This document shows positions 49,737 to 59,536 of a DNA stretch of 64,000 bases, piece after piece (within the stretch, counting starts at the first letter, position 1; each line of letters starts with the position of its first letter). Below the pieces are notes generated by a model. The model was not told the origin of the DNA, searched no databases, and worked only from the letters and a program-made list of their open reading frames with translations. This DNA comes from Corynebacterium tuberculostearicum (GTDB lineage Bacteria; Actinomycetota; Actinomycetes; Mycobacteriales; Mycobacteriaceae): assembly GCA_938008395.1 (NCBI GenBank), contig CALLKG010000057.1, positions 2,000-65,999 of the forward strand, read 5' to 3'. A program made the position numbers and the translations under genes.

Positions 49737-51065
49737 CTAGAAGGGTGGCTCGGCGTCGAGCTGCAGCTCAGCAAAGAGCTTATCGGCCGGCCAGATGTCG
49801 ATCTCTTGGCCCTTGGCCTGCAGCTCCTCCGCGCGCTTTTCCTTGGAGGTCTTCTTGGCCCATTCGCCCACGATGAGCAGGGTGGACTTTTTGGTGACGT
49901 TCTTTGCCACTTGGCCACCGCGCTCGGCGATGCCCTGCCACAGCACGCCCTTGTCATAGGGCTCGAAATCACCGGTGAGGGTGACATGCTGGCCGTAGAG
50001 TGCGCCCTCCGGGTCGGCGTCGGGGTTGGGCTCCGGGATTGTGTCCGGGGTGGCGACGGACTGCCACGGGGCGGGCCCGCTGGACTTTTTCTTGGCACCG
50101 GCTGCGCGGGTTTGGTCGCGGAAGTCGGTCCCAGCGCCGAGGTCCGCGCCGGAGGTGGGGGCCGTGTGGGCACGCAGGACGGGCAGGATGGCCTCGGAAT
50201 CAAGGCGGCCCAAGGTGAATTCGCGGGCGGTGAATAGATCGCGGATGCTGCCGGTGTGCCCGAAGCGCTCGGCCAAACGGGCGATGATTTCGCCGGCCGC
50301 ACGAGCATCCTCGGTGGCGTCGTGGTGGCTGAAGTCCGGCGCAGACAGGTGGGCGGCGACGGTAGGCAGCTTGTGGTTGCGCACCGAAATAACCTTGGCC
50401 TTGGAAGCGTCGCGGGACAGTGCGAGAGAGCAGGCCAGCGGCACGGTGGGCACCTCGGCACCGGCAGTAAGCAGGCCGGAGCGCAGCGCGGTGGAATCGA
50501 ACTGGGCGTTGTGGGCGACAAGCACGTCGCCGCCGAGGAAATCGAAGAGCTCCTTGGCGACGTCGGCAAAAGCCGGCGCTCCTTTCACATCGTCCGCGGT
50601 AATGCCGTGGATGGAGACGTTGATATCGGCAAAGTGCTCTAGGCCTGGTGGAGGAGTGCACAGCCAGGACCGGGAGTCGGTCTCCTGGCCGTCGCGGAAG
50701 CGCACCGCGCCAATTTGGCAGATAGAGCCCCAGTTGTCGTTGGCCGTTTCCACGTCCACGGCGGTGAAATCTAGGCCGGGAATGGTGGCGGCGGAGGAGG
50801 GCGCCTCGCCGCGCTGGGCGGCGGAAATGGCGCGGGCGACGGCCTGCGGGTTTTGGTGCGGGGCGAAGGCGATCGTGCCGGCGGCGCCCAAGTCGAGGGC
50901 GCCGAAGCCGGTGGCGGTCGGTTCACTCACGCGCACGGTGTCGATGGACTCAAGCGGGATATCCTGCGTGGCGGGGGCGCCGAGGCTGGTAGCCAGCAGG
51001 GTGCGGTGGAGCACGAGTTTATCCGCTGTGACATCGATGAGTGCGCCGTGCGCGGGAAATGACAC
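49737..51065 (-). CDS. DEDDh 3'-5' exonuclease (DnaQ-like) with C-terminal BRCT domain
   Basis: AVDVETAN, VAHNAQFD, HHDATEDA; BRCT GQHVTLTG...VTKKSTLLIVG; GTG 51065 after SD GAAAGG. Confidence 0.88.
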   Translation of the reverse strand: MSFPAHGALIDVTADKLVLHRTLLATSLGAPATQDIPLESIDTVRVSEPTATGFGALDLGAAGTIAFAPHQNPQAVARAISAAQRGEAPSSAATIPGLDFTAVDVETANDNWGSICQIGAVRFRDGQETDSRSWLCTPPPGLEHFADINVSIHGITADDVKGAPAFADVAKELFDFLGGDVLVAHNAQFDSTALRSGLLTAGAEVPTVPLACSLALSRDASKAKVISVRNHKLPTVAAHLSAPDFSHHDATEDARAAGEIIARLAERFGHTGSIRDLFTAREFTLGRLDSEAILPVLRAHTAPTSGADLGAGTDFRDQTRAAGAKKKSSGPAPWQSVATPDTIPEPNPDADPEGALYGQHVTLTGDFEPYDKGVLWQGIAERGGQVAKNVTKKSTLLIVGEWAKKTSKEKRAEELQAKGQEIDIWPADKLFAELQLDAEPPF

Positions 51066-51078
51066 GAGGGGCCTTTCT

Positions 51079-53277
51079 CTAGGAATCGAAGATGGGCGGT
51101 TCAATCTGACGCAGAATCAGCGTTGAACGCGGCTGCACCGTGATCGTACCCTCTGCCTCAATGAGGGTTTCCTCCGCGGGGTAGCCGCCGGAATCGGCGG
51201 TATCGACCATCAGCCGCCACGTAGCGCCGAGATCCTTGGTGGGCAGGGTGAACTCGATTTCGCCGTCATGGGAGTTGAAAATCATGATGAAGGAATCATC
51301 GGTGATGCGCTCGCCGCGGGCGGTGGTTTCCGTAATGGCATTGCCATTGAGGTAGACCATGAGGGCGCGGCCGAAGTCGTGGTCCCAGTCGTCCTGGGTC
51401 ATCAGGCGGCCCGAAGGAACCAGCCAGGCGATATCGCGTTCCTTAACATCCGCGCCGAGCGGGCCGCCGGCTAAGAAGCGCTTGCGGCGGAAGACGGGGT
51501 GGTGGTTGCGAATGGACAGCACGCGCTTGGTAAAGCCCAGCATCGCGGCGGATTTTTCTTCCTTCAGCATGGACCAGTCCATCCATGACAGCTCGTTGTC
51601 CTGGCAGTAGACGTTATTATTTCCGTCCTGCGTGCGGCCGAATTCATCGCCGTGCGAGAGCATAGGAGTGCCCTGGGAAAGCAGGAGAGTGGTTAGGAAG
51701 TTGCGGGCCTGGCGGCGGCGCAGCTTGCGGATTTCATCATTATCGGTGGGGCCTTCCTCGCCACAGTTCCAGGAGCGGTTGAAAGATTCGCCGTCGCGGT
51801 TGTCCTCGCCATTGGCCTCGTTGTGTTTGTCGTTATAGGACACAAGATCGCGCAAGGTAAAGCCATCGTGGGCGGTGATGAAGTTGATGGAGGCGGTAGG
51901 GCGGCGGTCATTATCGGCATAGAGGTCCGAAGAGCCGGTCAGGCGGGAGGCGAATTCACCTAGGGTAGCGGGCTCGCCGCGCCAGAAATCGCGCACGGTA
52001 TCGCGGTACTTTCCGTTCCATTCGCTCCAAATCGGCGGGAAGTTGCCCACCTGGTAGCCATCGTGGCCGATGTCCCAGGGCTCGGCGATGAGCTTAACCT
52101 GGCTGACAATGGGGTCTTGCTGGACTAGGTCGAAGAAGGTAGCGAGCTTATCGACGTCGTCAAGCTCCCGCGCCAAGGTCGCCGCCAAGTCGAAGCGGAA
52201 GCCATCGACGCGCATCTCCGTAACCCAGTAGCGCAGCGAATCCATAATCATCTGCAGCGAGTGCGGGTGGCGGACATTGAGGGAATTGCCGGTGCCGGTG
52301 TAATCCATGTAGTGGGCCTCATCGCCCTCGACGAGGCGATAGTAGGCGCCATTGTCGATGCCGCGGAAAGCAATGGTCGGGCCCATGTGGTTGCCCTCGG
52401 CGGTGTGGTTATAAACCACATCGAGGATGACCTCGATGCCGGCCTCGTGGAAGGCGCGAACCATGGACTTGAACTCGGAGACCACCTCGCCCGGCTTCTT
52501 GGCAAAGGCATAGTCATGGTGTGGGGCGAAAAAGCCGAAGGTGTTATAGCCCCAGTAGTTGCGCAGGCCCAGGTTGCGCAGGCGATCGTCCTGCAGGAAT
52601 TGGTGGACGGGCATGAGCTCGACGGTGGTAACGCCAAGCTCTTTGAAGTAGTCAATGACGGCAGGGTGGGCCATGCCGGCATACGTGCCGCGGAGCTCTT
52701 CCGGCACATCCGGATGAGTCATGGTCATGCCCTTGACGTGGGTTTCGTAGATGACCTTTTCGTTATCCGGAATATGCGGGCGGTGGTCGCTGCGCCAGTC
52801 AAAGAAGGGGTTAATCACCACCGACAACATGGTGTGGCCCAGCGAGTCTTCCTCGTTGCGGCCGGTGCCAGGTTCCTCGGCGTGGATGTCATAGGAGTAG
52901 AGGGAGGCATCGCCGTCGAATTCGCCGTCGAAGGCCCTAGCATAAGGGTCCACTAGGAGCTTGGAAGGATCGCAGCGCAGGCCGTTTTCTGGTTCATAGG
53001 GGCCATAGACGCGGTAGCCGTAGCGCTGGCCAGGGGTGACATTGGGGAGGTAGATATGCCACACATGGGCGGTGACCTCCGACATTTCGATGCGTTCCTC
53101 GTTGCCTTCCTTGTCGATGAGGCAGAGCTCGACTTTGTCTGCTACCTCGGAAAACAGGGCAAAGTTGGTGCCGGATCCATCGAAGGTGGATCCCAGTGGG
53201 GTGGGTTTGCCGGGCCAGATTTGGCGGCCGTAGCGCTCGGTGGGCGTGGGGACTGCGTCCATGGCGGGAGTGTTCAT
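51079..53277 (-). CDS. glgX: Glycogen debranching enzyme
   Basis: IYETHVKG, YWGYNT, DVVYNH, DGFRFDLA, IAEPWD, TAHDGF; ATG 53277 is 7 nt after -10 TATGCT. Confidence 0.96.
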   Translation of the reverse strand: MNTPAMDAVPTPTERYGRQIWPGKPTPLGSTFDGSGTNFALFSEVADKVELCLIDKEGNEERIEMSEVTAHVWHIYLPNVTPGQRYGYRVYGPYEPENGLRCDPSKLLVDPYARAFDGEFDGDASLYSYDIHAEEPGTGRNEEDSLGHTMLSVVINPFFDWRSDHRPHIPDNEKVIYETHVKGMTMTHPDVPEELRGTYAGMAHPAVIDYFKELGVTTVELMPVHQFLQDDRLRNLGLRNYWGYNTFGFFAPHHDYAFAKKPGEVVSEFKSMVRAFHEAGIEVILDVVYNHTAEGNHMGPTIAFRGIDNGAYYRLVEGDEAHYMDYTGTGNSLNVRHPHSLQMIMDSLRYWVTEMRVDGFRFDLAATLARELDDVDKLATFFDLVQQDPIVSQVKLIAEPWDIGHDGYQVGNFPPIWSEWNGKYRDTVRDFWRGEPATLGEFASRLTGSSDLYADNDRRPTASINFITAHDGFTLRDLVSYNDKHNEANGEDNRDGESFNRSWNCGEEGPTDNDEIRKLRRRQARNFLTTLLLSQGTPMLSHGDEFGRTQDGNNNVYCQDNELSWMDWSMLKEEKSAAMLGFTKRVLSIRNHHPVFRRKRFLAGGPLGADVKERDIAWLVPSGRLMTQDDWDHDFGRALMVYLNGNAITETTARGERITDDSFIMIFNSHDGEIEFTLPTKDLGATWRLMVDTADSGGYPAEETLIEAEGTITVQPRSTLILRQIEPPIFDS

Positions 53278-53298
53278 GCCCACGAGCATAACCACTTT

Positions 53299-53838
53299 TT
53301 AGTCGCCGGCGCCGTGCGTAAGTCCAGCGTTAATAATGCGTACGCCGCGAATGAGGTCTGCGCGATAATCTGCGGCGGGAGTCTCGCCGGTGGTTTCTGC
53401 AAGCTGGCGTTGGGACTGTTCCATCAAGGTGGCGCCGAGCACGAGGTGAATGGCGGAGAGCGCGGCGGCGCGGTGGGCGCTGTCGGCGGCGGGCGTGCTG
53501 TGAGCGGTTGCAGCGGTGAAGGCCGCCAAGAGGCGGTCCCAGGCCGGGGCCTGCGGGAGGGAGAGGCCGGCAATGACTACCTCGGCGCCGTCGCGGCGGG
53601 CGAGCAGCAAATCACGAAGATTGAGGCTGATAGCCTCGAGCGACTCCCCAGAAACGGGGGAGATAATGTCCTCCGCTAGGGCTGCAATGAGCGCCTGTTT
53701 ATTGGCAATATGCCAGTAGAGCGCGCCGGGGGCGACGCCGAGGGAGGAAGCAACGCGACGCATGGTGACGTCGCCAAGCCCGTAGGCATCAAGCAGGGAA
53801 AGAGCGGCGTCGATAATACTCTCGCGGTTTATGTGCAC
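53299..53838 (-). CDS. TetR family regulator, probable BioQ ortholog
   Basis: TetR HTH VTMRRVASSLGVAPGALYWH; position between glgX and hisD matches C. glutamicum bioQ as I recall; -10 TACAAT 7 nt upstream. Confidence 0.8.
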   Translation of the reverse strand: MHINRESIIDAALSLLDAYGLGDVTMRRVASSLGVAPGALYWHIANKQALIAALAEDIISPVSGESLEAISLNLRDLLLARRDGAEVVIAGLSLPQAPAWDRLLAAFTAATAHSTPAADSAHRAAALSAIHLVLGATLMEQSQRQLAETTGETPAADYRADLIRGVRIINAGLTHGAGD

Positions 53839-54002
53839 CTTGGCAATTGTACGGACTTGGCCGGGCGGGACGGTAGTTCACAGGTTCTTTTAACGGAGTC
53901 TCAATGTCATTTCCATCGTCGGGTTGTTAGTATTGCGAAGACAAATAAGAGGCCGCCCTTGGGGTGGCTTCACATTCGCAAGATTGATTCAGGAGCTTTC
54001 CC

Positions 54003-54803
54003 TTGTCCTTTTTGACCCCTGCAAAGAAGTCCCTCATCGCAGTTGCGCTGGTCACCCCGCTGGCGCTGGCTGCGTGTGGTTCGGATGATAATGACGACTC
54101 CAAGAAGGCCGCCGCCACCACGGCATCCAAGTCTTCTGAGGATAAGTCTGCAGATAAGTCCGAGGGCAAAGATGCCGATAAGTCCGAGGACAAGGACAAG
54201 GACAAGGACAAGGACAAAGAAAAGGATCAGAATAAGGACGGCGAAAAGAAGGACGCCGCTGCGGGTGCAGAAGGCCAAGAAGGCGAGGACGGCGCTGCCG
54301 AGGGGCCCGATCAGCTGGCTAACCCGCTGAACAATGGGGAGGATCCTTTCGCTGGCGCGAAGGATATCAAGCCGATCGAAGGCGGCCAGGCCGCTAATGA
54401 TGGCGATAAGCAGGCCATCGAGCAGCTGGTTCGCGGCCAGCACGAGATCGATAATGTGAAGGAATACTTCAACTACATGCCGCAGCACGCCTGCCAGGCA
54501 GTCCGCGATGAACAGTCCCAGGAGTTCGGCCAGTACCAGCAGTACGTCGATAGCCTGCCGAACCAGTCCTTTGCTGAGTACGCCAACACCATGCGCCAGC
54601 AGGGCGGTGGCAACCCCGAGGTAGAGAAGTTCGCTAGCCAGTTGGAGTCCATCCCGCAGTCGACCAAGCTGCAGTCCGTCAACGACGTTGTGGTCAATGG
54701 CGACGATGCTTCTGCAACCGTGAGCGTGTCCAACTCCGAGGGCACCGAGACCTCCACGGTCCGCTTCCGCCGCGAGAATGGCAACTGGACCTTCTGTAAC
54801 TAA
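54003..54803 (+). CDS. Lipoprotein with D/K-rich linker
   Basis: TTG 7 nt after SD AGGAG; lipobox ALAAC; NTF2-like end (DDASATV...FRRENGNWTFC). Confidence 0.82.
   Translation: MSFLTPAKKSLIAVALVTPLALAACGSDDNDDSKKAAATTASKSSEDKSADKSEGKDADKSEDKDKDKDKDKEKDQNKDGEKKDAAAGAEGQEGEDGAAEGPDQLANPLNNGEDPFAGAKDIKPIEGGQAANDGDKQAIEQLVRGQHEIDNVKEYFNYMPQHACQAVRDEQSQEFGQYQQYVDSLPNQSFAEYANTMRQQGGGNPEVEKFASQLESIPQSTKLQSVNDVVVNGDDASATVSVSNSEGTETSTVRFRRENGNWTFCN
54189..54218 (+). repeat. (GACAAG)4 GACAAA in-frame hexamer tract
   Basis: Encodes DKDKDKDKDK in the lipoprotein linker. Confidence 0.9.
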
Positions 54804-54804
54804 G

Positions 54805-55290
54805 TTGTCTCTGTTTAATCATCGGTTACCCCGCACCCTAGGTTTCGGTGCGGGGTTACTCGCGTGTGCGCTCTTAGTCTATGGCGTGGCCGGTGCGCTG
54901 TGGGGGCTTTTCCGGCCAACACTTACCGGCCATGAGGTGGATGACGGCGGTTATGCCATCGATGCAATGGGAAGCGCCCAGTTCATCGCCTTTATCACCT
55001 TTGCCCTCATTACCGGCCTGCTTGGTTTGTTCTTGGGGCTGGGCGCGTATCTGCGTCGGCAGGGGCGGGGCTTGTCGATGCTCCTGTGGGTCGGCGTATG
55101 TGCCCTTGCCGGGGCGGCGTCGTTTTATGTCTTTGGCGGGGTCACTGCCACGCATCCGCCCGAAAACCCAGGGGAAGTCGTCGAGTTCGCCCCGAATTTT
55201 TCCCCAGCCATCTCGTGGGCGGTAGCGCCCTTTATGGCGATGTTTGCCTATTGGTCCACGGCCTTTGTGAGTGCCGATGAAGATTGGTGA
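54805..55290 (+). CDS. Four-TM membrane protein (possibly DUF2567-like)
   Basis: Four hydrophobic helices; start ambiguous (TTG 54805 or ATG 54778); family call from synteny memory only. Confidence 0.7.
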   Translation: MSLFNHRLPRTLGFGAGLLACALLVYGVAGALWGLFRPTLTGHEVDDGGYAIDAMGSAQFIAFITFALITGLLGLFLGLGAYLRRQGRGLSMLLWVGVCALAGAASFYVFGGVTATHPPENPGEVVEFAPNFSPAISWAVAPFMAMFAYWSTAFVSADEDW

Positions 55291-55299
55291 TGTGCGCGG

Positions 55300-56196
55300 C
55301 TAAGGCCATTCGACGGGGGAGGCGCCGGTTACCTCGTGCGCGATGTCATCGATGCCGTGCAGGATGTGCTTGAGCCCGCGGCCGATGGCGCTAAAAAGTT
55401 GCGGCCGGGTAAGTCCCGCGGCGGTAATGGTGGCGGCATCCATCCGCACCTGCAGACCCTCGGGGGTGTGGTGGCAAAATGCCACGGCGCCGTGGTGGGC
55501 GCGATTCCAGTCATTGCAAATGAGGAATAGCCGGGTAAATTCCGCCTCGTCCAGACTGGGGTCCCAATGCCCCTTGATTATGAGGCTGGGCCCGTTGTCC
55601 AGTGCAAAGGCGAAAAGGACGTCATTGACCCAGGCGTAGATGGCGGTGGCGCCGTCGCTTTGGAAACGCTGGATGCCGATAAGTGGCAGGATCTCGGCCA
55701 CGCTGTCGAGGGTGAAGGGTTCTAAGGGGGCGTCGGCAAGCGGGGCAAGCTCCGGCGAGGCTTCGCGCACGAGGCCGGGGTGCGACTGAGCGAGCAGATC
55801 CATGAGTACCTCCGCGTTGCGCAGCGCCGGTAGGAGGAATGCTGCAAGCTGTTCGCGGCTGGGGGAGGTATCGGCCGGCAGATAACTATGGCCGGACACG
55901 CTCACGCAGTCGGGCTGGTCATAATCAACCACGACGGCCGGGGAGAGGCAATCGTGATTCCACTCGTTGGCCAAGTGCGCGAGCTCGGAGATCTCGCTGA
56001 GATCGACGCCGCCGAGGGGGCTGGTGTGCAGGTGGAGCACCGGTTCTTCCAGCTGGTCTACAAAAATGAAGGTGGAGCCACCGGCCGCATGTGGAACGAG
56101 AAGCTCGCCAGTAGGCAGGGCCCAGCAGGACACGTCATTATCGCGGGCGATGGTGCAGGCATGCGAGAGCAGAAGAGAGGGTTCAATCTCGCTCAT
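55300..56196 (-). CDS. Tandem YbjN-like (T3SS-chaperone fold) domain protein
   Basis: Two similar halves, each with (L/I)xNxWN (LANEWNH, ICNDWNR); start ATG 56196 or GTG 56208. Confidence 0.65.
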   Translation of the reverse strand: MSEIEPSLLLSHACTIARDNDVSCWALPTGELLVPHAAGGSTFIFVDQLEEPVLHLHTSPLGGVDLSEISELAHLANEWNHDCLSPAVVVDYDQPDCVSVSGHSYLPADTSPSREQLAAFLLPALRNAEVLMDLLAQSHPGLVREASPELAPLADAPLEPFTLDSVAEILPLIGIQRFQSDGATAIYAWVNDVLFAFALDNGPSLIIKGHWDPSLDEAEFTRLFLICNDWNRAHHGAVAFCHHTPEGLQVRMDAATITAAGLTRPQLFSAIGRGLKHILHGIDDIAHEVTGASPVEWP

Positions 56197-56322
56197 CGCT
56201 GCCACCACCTTAAAGCTGTGTTGACACCGAGTCTATAGCCCAAACCGGCCCCCTCGCTGGCGTTTGACCATTAGGATATTGGTTTAATAACAGAAATCCG
56301 ATAGGCAGAAGAGGATACGGGA

Positions 56323-57633
56323 ATGCTTCGCACCATCGATTTGCGTGGCCACGAGCTGCGCCCCGCCCAGCTGCGGCGAGTTTTGCCGCGCGGTGGCACC
56401 GACGTCGCCGCCGTGGTGGACAAGGTGGCGCCGCTGGTTCATCGAGTACGCCACGAAGGCGCGGCGGCCGCCTTGGACTTTGGCGAGCAATTCGATGGCG
56501 TGCGCCCAGCCCACCTGCGGGTGCCCCAAGAGGAGTTGGAGAAGGCCGCGTCCGGCCTAGATCCGCAGGTGCGCCGAGCGATTGAGGCCTCCATTGAGCG
56601 GGTCCGCAAGGTTCACGCCGAGCAGAAACCGGCCGCGCACACCACCGAGCTGGCGCCAGGTGCCACGGTGACCGAGGTCTTTCGCCCCATCGAGCGCGTT
56701 GGGCTATACGTGCCGGGAGGAAAGGCGGTCTATCCGTCCTCGGTGATTATGAACGCCGTGCCAGCACAGGCGGCCGGCGCGGAAAGCTTAGTGGTAGCCT
56801 CCCCGCCGCAAAAGGAATTTGGCGGTCTGCCGCACCCCACGGTCCTGGCCGTGTGCCAGATGCTCGGCGTAGATGAGGTCTGGGCGGTAGGAGGCGGCCA
56901 AGCCATCGCGCTGATGGCCTACGGTGATGATGACGCCGAACTAGCCCCAGTGGACATGATTACCGGCCCTGGAAATATCTTCGTCACCGCGGCCAAGCGG
57001 TTGGTGCGCGGCATGGTGGGCACCGATGCTGAGGCCGGGCCGACCGAAATCGCCATTATCGCTGATGACACAGCGAATCCGGTGTATGTGGCCTATGACC
57101 TCATCTCCCAGGCCGAGCATGATCCGATGGCCGCGAGTGTGCTTATTACGGCATCGCCAAGCCTGGCTCAGCGCGTATGTGCGGAGGTTGAAGCGCGCTA
57201 CGGCGCCACTGCTCATGCGGAGCGGGCGGCCGAAGCTCTAGGCGGCGAGCAATCCGGAATTGTGTTGGTCGATTCCCTGGATGCAGCGGTGGCGGTGGCC
57301 AATGCCTATGCTGCTGAGCACCTGGAGATCCACACCGCAGAGCCCGGCGCGGTGGCCGAGCAGATTAAGCACGCCGGTGCCATCTTTGTAGGGGACTTTG
57401 CTCCAGTGCCGCTCGGAGATTACGCGGCCGGCTCCAATCACGTATTGCCCACCTCCGGTACGGCGCGCTTTTCTGCCGGCCTGTCTACTCATACCTTTAT
57501 GCGGCCGGTCAACCTTATTGATTATGACCGAGCTGCGTTGGAAGAGATTGCCCCGCACGTCATCGCCTTTGCGGAGGCCGAGGGGCTGCCCGCCCACGGC
57601 GAGGCTATCTGCGCCCGATTCGAGGAGAAGTAA
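56323..57633 (+). CDS. hisD: Histidinol dehydrogenase
   Basis: [45 protein letters not shown] motifs. Confidence 0.97.
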   Translation: MLRTIDLRGHELRPAQLRRVLPRGGTDVAAVVDKVAPLVHRVRHEGAAAALDFGEQFDGVRPAHLRVPQEELEKAASGLDPQVRRAIEASIERVRKVHAEQKPAAHTTELAPGATVTEVFRPIERVGLYVPGGKAVYPSSVIMNAVPAQAAGAESLVVASPPQKEFGGLPHPTVLAVCQMLGVDEVWAVGGGQAIALMAYGDDDAELAPVDMITGPGNIFVTAAKRLVRGMVGTDAEAGPTEIAIIADDTANPVYVAYDLISQAEHDPMAASVLITASPSLAQRVCAEVEARYGATAHAERAAEALGGEQSGIVLVDSLDAAVAVANAYAAEHLEIHTAEPGAVAEQIKHAGAIFVGDFAPVPLGDYAAGSNHVLPTSGTARFSAGLSTHTFMRPVNLIDYDRAALEEIAPHVIAFAEAEGLPAHGEAICARFEEK

Positions 57634-58764
57634 ATGACGCACCTTAACGATCTTCCACTGCGCGAGGAGCTGCGCGGCAAGTCCGCCTATGGGGCGCCGC
57701 AACTCCACGTGGCCTACCAACTCAATACCAACGAAAATCCTTATCCTCCCTCGCAGGCACTAGTGGATAACCTGGTGGCGGAGACCCAGCGCCTTGCCAC
57801 CACACTCAATCGCTATCCGCAGCGCGATGCGGTGGAGTTGCGCCAGGCCTTGGCGGACTACGTGTCTGAGCAAACCGGGGTGCGCGTGGGCTCTGAACAG
57901 GTATGGGCGGCGAATGGCTCGAATGAGATTTTGCAGCAGCTGCTGCAGGCATTCGGCGGTCCGGGCCGCAGCGTGCTCGGTTTCACCCCGTCCTACTCCA
58001 TGCACCCTATCCTCGCTGACGGCACCCATACGCAGTTTGTGGAGTGCCCGCGCGATGAGAATTTTCGCATTGATATGGACCGGGCGCTCGCAGCCGTGGC
58101 GCAGCACCAGCCGGATATTATCTTTGTGACTACGCCAAATAACCCCACCGGCGGGGTGACCAGCGTGGACGAGATTGCCGCGCTTGCCGACGCCGCCCCG
58201 GGCATCCTCATCGTCGATGAAGCTTATGGCGAATTTTCTTCCTCACCTTCTGCGGTAACGCTGCTGGATAAATATCCTACGAAGCTGGTGGTCTCGCGCA
58301 CCATGTCTAAGGCCTTCGATTTTGCCGGCGGCCGCCTCGGATATTTCGTGGCGCACCCGGCTTTCGTGGAGGCCGTAATGCTGGTGCGGCTGCCGTACCA
58401 CCTATCCGTGCTTTCCCAAGCGGCGGCGACGGTGGCGCTGCGCCATAGCGCGGATACGCTCGCCACCGTGGAAAAGATCGCCGCCGAGCGCGAGCGGGTG
58501 GCCGCTCGCTTGCGCGAACTGGGCTATACCGTCCTGCCGAGCGAATCCAATTTCCTCTTCTTCGGCCGCTTTGCTGACCAACACCGCGTGTGGCAACAGT
58601 TCTTGGATAAGGAAGTGCTCATTCGCGATGTTGGCATCGCTGGCCACCTGCGCATGACGGTGGGGCTGCCAGAAGAAAATTCGGCCTTTTTGGCCGTAGC
58701 TGAGGACCTTGCGGATACAGTAGTGGCTGATTCCCCGGCCGCAGGTAAAAGGAGCGAAGCATGA
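57634..58764 (+). CDS. hisC: Histidinol-phosphate aminotransferase
   Basis: [34 protein letters not shown] motifs. Confidence 0.97.
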   Translation: MTHLNDLPLREELRGKSAYGAPQLHVAYQLNTNENPYPPSQALVDNLVAETQRLATTLNRYPQRDAVELRQALADYVSEQTGVRVGSEQVWAANGSNEILQQLLQAFGGPGRSVLGFTPSYSMHPILADGTHTQFVECPRDENFRIDMDRALAAVAQHQPDIIFVTTPNNPTGGVTSVDEIAALADAAPGILIVDEAYGEFSSSPSAVTLLDKYPTKLVVSRTMSKAFDFAGGRLGYFVAHPAFVEAVMLVRLPYHLSVLSQAAATVALRHSADTLATVEKIAAERERVAARLRELGYTVLPSESNFLFFGRFADQHRVWQQFLDKEVLIRDVGIAGHLRMTVGLPEENSAFLAVAEDLADTVVADSPAAGKRSEA

Positions 58765-59363
58765 GCAACCGCGTAGGGCGCGCCCAGCGGGCAACGTCGG
58801 AATCGCAGATTTCTGTGGTCATCGACCTCGATGGCACTGGGCGTAGCGATATTTCTACTGGCCTGCCTTTCTTTGACCACATGCTTACGGCCTTTGCTAC
58901 TCATGGCAGCTTCGATCTCACCGTGCAGGCGGAGGGCGACGTGGAGGTAGACGCCCACCACACTGTGGAAGATACCGCCATCGTGCTCGGCACCGCGCTG
59001 CGTAAGGCGGTGGGGGATAAGGCCGGCATCCGCCGTTTTGGCTCCCAGCTTTTGCCCATGGATGAGGCCTTGGTGGAAGCAGTTGCGGATTTTTCTGGTC
59101 GCGCCTATTTCGTCATGAACGGCGAACCAGAGCACCTGCAGTGGCAGACCATCGGTGGGCATTACGCCACCGTGATAAACCGCCACTTCTTTGAAACGCT
59201 CGCCACCCACGCTGCGGTAACGCTCCACCTCAACGTGCGCTATGGACGCGATCCGCACCACATTACGGAGGCGGAGTTTAAGGCCGTCGCGCGTGCGCTG
59301 CGTGGTGCGGTGGAATTCGACCCCCGCCAGACTGGAATTCCATCGACGAAGGGAGCACTCTAG
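58761..59363 (+). CDS. hisB: Imidazoleglycerol-phosphate dehydratase
   Basis: [28 protein letters not shown] motifs. Confidence 0.97.
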   Translation: MSNRVGRAQRATSESQISVVIDLDGTGRSDISTGLPFFDHMLTAFATHGSFDLTVQAEGDVEVDAHHTVEDTAIVLGTALRKAVGDKAGIRRFGSQLLPMDEALVEAVADFSGRAYFVMNGEPEHLQWQTIGGHYATVINRHFFETLATHAAVTLHLNVRYGRDPHHITEAEFKAVARALRGAVEFDPRQTGIPSTKGAL

Positions 59364-59368
59364 AACGC

Positions 59369-59536
59369 ATGCACTTTATGATCTTGGTCCTCTTTCTCGT
59401 AGCTGGCATGCTGGTGGGAGGCGCATGGTCTGCCTACCAACAGGGGTCGAAGGCAATGACAGTAGTAGCCTCTCTTTTGGCCGCAATCACCGTGGTAGCA
59501 GCAATCTCGTGGATGGTAGGAGCGTTTGGTAAATGA
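59369..59536 (+). CDS. Small membrane protein (about 52-55 aa; absent from ORF track)
   Basis: ATG 59369 (or 59378) MHFMILVLFLVAGMLVGGAWSAYQQGSKAMTVVASLLAAITVVAAISWMVGAFGK; TGA overlaps the MFS ATG; two TM helices. Confidence 0.72.
   Translation: MHFMILVLFLVAGMLVGGAWSAYQQGSKAMTVVASLLAAITVVAAISWMVGAFGK

Noticed and set aside
51099-51128. GTTCAA...TTGAAC inverted repeat as a BioQ or LexA site
   Set aside because: Wrong orientation and spacing, and it lies in the glgX coding end.
56221-56322. His attenuator or T-box in front of hisD
   Set aside because: No His-codon leader peptide, TGGTACC bulge or terminator seen.
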